From Vitrella brassicaformis CCMP3155 (taxonomy: Eukaryota; Protista; Chromerida), in the NCBI GenBank assembly GCA_001179505.1, contig CDMY01000295.1, positions 62,001 through 126,000 on the forward strand: a stretch of 64,000 bases of DNA, read 5' to 3'. Below, piece by piece: positions 60,453 to 64,000 of this stretch (positions are counted from its first letter, which is position 1; each line of letters begins with the position of its first letter). The notes beneath the pieces are model-generated. The model made no database searches. It saw nothing but the letters and a program-made list of their open reading frames with translations, and was not told the DNA's origin. The translations under genes and the position numbers were made by a program.

Positions 60453-62600
60453 TCAATCACGCTCATGCCGCCCCCTCCCCCTCTCCCCCTCTCCCTCTCC
60501 CTCCTTGCTGGCAGAGGCCCGTCTCTCGGCCGCATCGGCAGCCAGGCGCCGCTTGTGCAGTGTCAAAGACCAGCCGGTTGGTTGCGCACCTTCTGACCCG
60601 CTGTCGCAACCAACCGGCACCGGCTGGTCGCTGGTCTTGGTGCTCTTGCTGCCGCTGCTCTTGCTGCTGAGGTTCTCCGCGGCCCGCTGGATGATGTCTG
60701 CCGGCATGAAGGGGTCATGCAGCGGCCCGCCTGCCTCCAAGTCGACCATCTGAACCTCAGTGTCGATCTCAGGAATATTCTCTTCCATAGCCGGAGGGGG
60801 CGAGGGCACCTGCACCGGTGAGGGCACCACAGACGGCGGGGCAGAGTTCTCAGGGGGCGGCTCGGAGCGGAGGTCGAGCGGCTCGGAGCAGACACGATTC
60901 ACCACAGCCCAGGCAGGCCGCTCGCGAGCCGTCATCGGCGCAGCGTCGCCCTCCCCCTCAGTCACGTCATCGTCGCACTGCTCGGGGTCGGTCCATCCAC
61001 CGTACTGGTGCGGATTCGCATAATGAGACGCCCGGGGCGCCGCACCAGCCCCCCCTTCGTCCGCCTGAGCGTCCTTGTTGCGTGCAGATCGTCGGGGCCG
61101 CACTGCTGCAGCGTCGCCAGGCTTGAACAGGTGATCGGTGATGGAGAAGGGCGGGACGAATGGCTGGCGATTCGCGTAGCATTCGACGATGAGGACCTTG
61201 CCCTGCCCGAGGGCATCGGCGGCCGCGTCGAGGCGCCTCTGCCGTCTGCTGGCCCGCTGGGGCGGGATGGTGGTGGGGGTGGTGGTAGTAGTGCCGGGGA
61301 GCTGCAGGGTGGTGGACCCATGGGTGGGCGACGAGGTGCCAGCGGGCTTGGCCACGTTGTTGCGGTTCTTGCGGCGTCTGACAGCAGATAGCATGACGAT
61401 GGAGCGATTGACTGACTGATGTGTCTGTCCTTCATCCACATACCTGTTTTGTTGCGGCTTGCTGTCGACATCTCCTCCTTCTTGCCCCTGGTCGTCATCC
61501 TGTTGGCACACCTCACGGGCTCGATCAGCTGACCAGCAGGAGGGAGACAAATCGTCGTTCATCCCGTGGGTCAGCCAGCCGTGAATCATGCATGGCTTAC
61601 AGTGTGTGTAGAAGACGTAAAGGGACGCCAGGTTGTGTGTGAGCTTGCGCTGCAGCCCGTCGAGGCCCCACAGCATGAGCGCCTCAGGGTACCGGTCGGC
61701 ATACTCCTGCTGGACCGAACTCATCATCGACACATCTAGAGCCAATAACACACACACACACGATGGAACACTCTTCACGTGGCTGCCCTGCTCTTCCGTA
61801 CCGGTCAAGTCGACGAATCCCTTGCCAGGCTGCCATTCCACCGCATTTGCCTTGTCAACCGCGCCCCCATCCCTCTCCCCCCGCTTATCCCTCGCAAACT
61901 GAATCAGGACATGCTCCACCGCCCCGAGGAACCGCTCCACAAAGCCCCCCTGACCGTCCTCCAGCAGCCGCTTCATGTGGTGGAACGTCTTGTGGATGGT
62001 CTTCTCGATGCGCTGCTCGATCGACGACCCGCCCCGCCCCTCCCCCGGGTGGTGGTGGCCCTTGGCCGCCTCCCGCTCTCTCTGCCGCTTGCGAATGTAG
62101 GTGTCCTCCTTGCAGCGGAGAAAAAGGTCGAGCAGGTCGACATCGGCAGACAGGCGCGCCCAGATGGAGACCCGCTGGCGCTCGTGGCCGTGGTCCTCCA
62201 ACTCGCCGTCGGTGTCGGTCAGCTCCTCGCCGGACTCGTACATGGCCCGACGCAGGTGACCCAACTGACACACACAAACAAGAGAAGAGAATCAGACAGA
62301 CCAGGTAAAAAGGCAGTGTGGTGGGGAAATGTCGCAGAATGCTCTCGCGTTGACGCGCTCACCAGCAGCTGATGGTTGAGCCATCTGGTCTGCTTGCGAT
62401 TGCCTCGGCGCCCCTGCCTTGACGGCTCCCGTCTTCTGGCGGCCTTGCTGCCCCTGGAGGGCAAGGCCGCTGATGAGTACTCGGCTGGGGGTGGTGCGGG
62501 AGGGCTGGGGGTGACGCTGACGATAGGCATCGGGCCAAATGCTGCGTCCTCGTACGCACGCCGGGTTGGGTCAGGCTGGTGGGGAGTGCTCATCGCCATG
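60453..62600 (-). CDS. Hypothetical multi-exon protein with helical central domain and low-complexity C-terminus
   Basis: Long ORF 60453-62273 with internal intron-like segments. Helical segment SIWARLSADVDLLDLFLRCKEDTY...QEYADRYPEALMLWGLDGLQRKL. The start is uncertain. Confidence 0.55.
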
Positions 62601-63217
62601 CTGACGGCTCGAGGGATGAGGAAAGAGGGCTCCTGTGCTTCTCCTTGCCTCTTCCTCTGTTTTGGCCTTCCCGGAAGGGATCGAACTCATTGCGAGCCTC
62701 TTCGATCCGTCTCTTCGTTCGTTAACCTCACGGGGACCTTGCCCCCGGCGGTCTCTTGGGCAGAGCTTTCTCCACAGTGCAGATATGGTCCACATCGCAC
62801 GAACAAGGGTCACTCTGCTTTTCGCCTTGACTTCTCTGACTCGCTACGCCCCCTTGCATGAAGACAACTGACCAGCATCCAATGCCTGTCGATGCATTGC
62901 TTCCCCGCCCTGGATCAGATCAGCACATACCTACACACACGCATGCAGCACGCACTACGGCACAGTCAGTGCATCCAAGTTCCGCCGATACGACAGAAGG
63001 ACGGGCAGACAGACAAACAAAAACCAACCTATGAAAGTAGATAGATACAACAATGACGAGTATATAGAGATACATACAGACAGAGAGGCGCAGAGATACA
63101 CGAGATAGATACAGAAAGAGCTGCCATCTCGGACATATATGAATCCACTACGCACCGGCCTCCGTCCGGGACGGCACCTGCACAAGGAAGGAGAGACAAG
63201 AAAGCCAGCGAGCGCCA

Positions 63218-64000
63218 CTAGCTGTGACTCCGACACCGAGCGTCGCGTGTCTTCTGTCTCTGACCGACCTCCTCTATTGTGTAGACCTCCAAGTCCGCAC
63301 ACACGAATGAATGAGTGGCCGACAGCGTGGCCGATCCGTACTTGCTGAAGCGGCCAATGTACCTCTGGCCGTCGAGGGGCAGATCTTTCTTCCCCAGACA
63401 GTGGTAGCACAGGCGAAGATCGCCGCCATAACCTAATTCCAGCCGGCCACCAAAGTATAACTCCCCGTTGTCTGCCACTCGCCGTGCACCGGCGACCTCC
63501 ACCCACTGCGCGGCCCGGGGAAGTGTGATCTTTGTGATGCGGCCGTCGTCGAATGCGCCGCTGATGGAGTAGAAGGTCACCGGGCAATTGGTCCTCTCCA
63601 CTGCCGTTGGGTCAGCTGGCTGCGTGAGCTGTCCCTTGATGTGGCTCGCAAAGATGCAGCCGCCCAGGTCCTTGATGACGAACAGCAGATTGGCCGCCTC
63701 GCCCACCTTAGCGAGCAGGCAGCCATGCATCCAGCCGTCGCGCTGACCCCTGACAGACACATCCGGATACAGACACAGAGGACAGGGAAAATGCACTCAT
63801 GGACCAGCTGGCAATAGCGTCGTGGCTTCGGTAGGTGCCCCACTCACTTGAAGAGGAGCTGTGCCGTCGATGGTCTGTCGGCCGCCATGTCGGTGAGGGC
63901 CTGCAGCTCATCGGCAGGGATGATAGGGTCGGCCGGACGGGTGCTCCACACCTGCACACACACACAGAGGTGATACATACAGCCCCAACACAGCCATGTG
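63218..64000 (-). CDS. TLDc-domain protein, 3' exons (5' part outside the window)
   Basis: AQLLFK|GQRDGWMHGCLLAKVGEAANLLFVIKD...CIFASHI...FYSISGAF...SFVCADLEVYTI fits the TLDc pattern LLY(R/K)GSRDG...LEVY. Confidence 0.8.

Noticed and set aside
1-64000. Hundreds of ORF-track entries rich in CVCV/THTH/TDRQ/SIHP
   Set aside because: They are translations of intronic or intergenic (AC)n, (CAGA)n and (CATC)n microsatellites and antisense shadows of real exons.

Overview
This is a 64-kb, intron-rich eukaryotic region, not prokaryotic. It has short GT-AG introns packed with (AC)n, (CAGA)n and (GATG)n microsatellites and two 300-N scaffold gaps. Intron style and gene content most resemble the chromerid alveolate Vitrella brassicaformis (inference). 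All gene models were spliced by eye, so exon boundaries are provisional. About 17 protein-coding loci can be built: tandem-BTB protein, two TLDc proteins, giant coiled-coil protein, PH-ankyrin-FYVE-like protein, SMYD5-like SET/MYND methyltransferase, NTF2-like protein, DUF836 glutaredoxin-like protein, glutamate-cysteine ligase, TMEM272-like 4-TM protein and several unknowns. A fossil CRE-like non-LTR fragment is also present. Three things stand out. (1) A predicted GPI-anchored surface protein joins a circularly permuted, Fibrobacter-type GH16 domain, whose acid/base Glu is replaced by Ala (EIDFA), to five PAN/Apple domains and a C-type lectin domain. (2) One spliced gene joins three LOTUS/OST-HTH-like domains and a PAM2 motif to an intact PTC7-type PP2C phosphatase, a candidate mRNP-tethered phosphatase. 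(3) A rearrangement hotspot at 3.4-18 kb has two inverted loci that share near-identical upstream and downstream flanks but carry unrelated genes, next to scrambled exon copies of a neighbouring gene. No rRNA, tRNA or CRISPR array was recognised.
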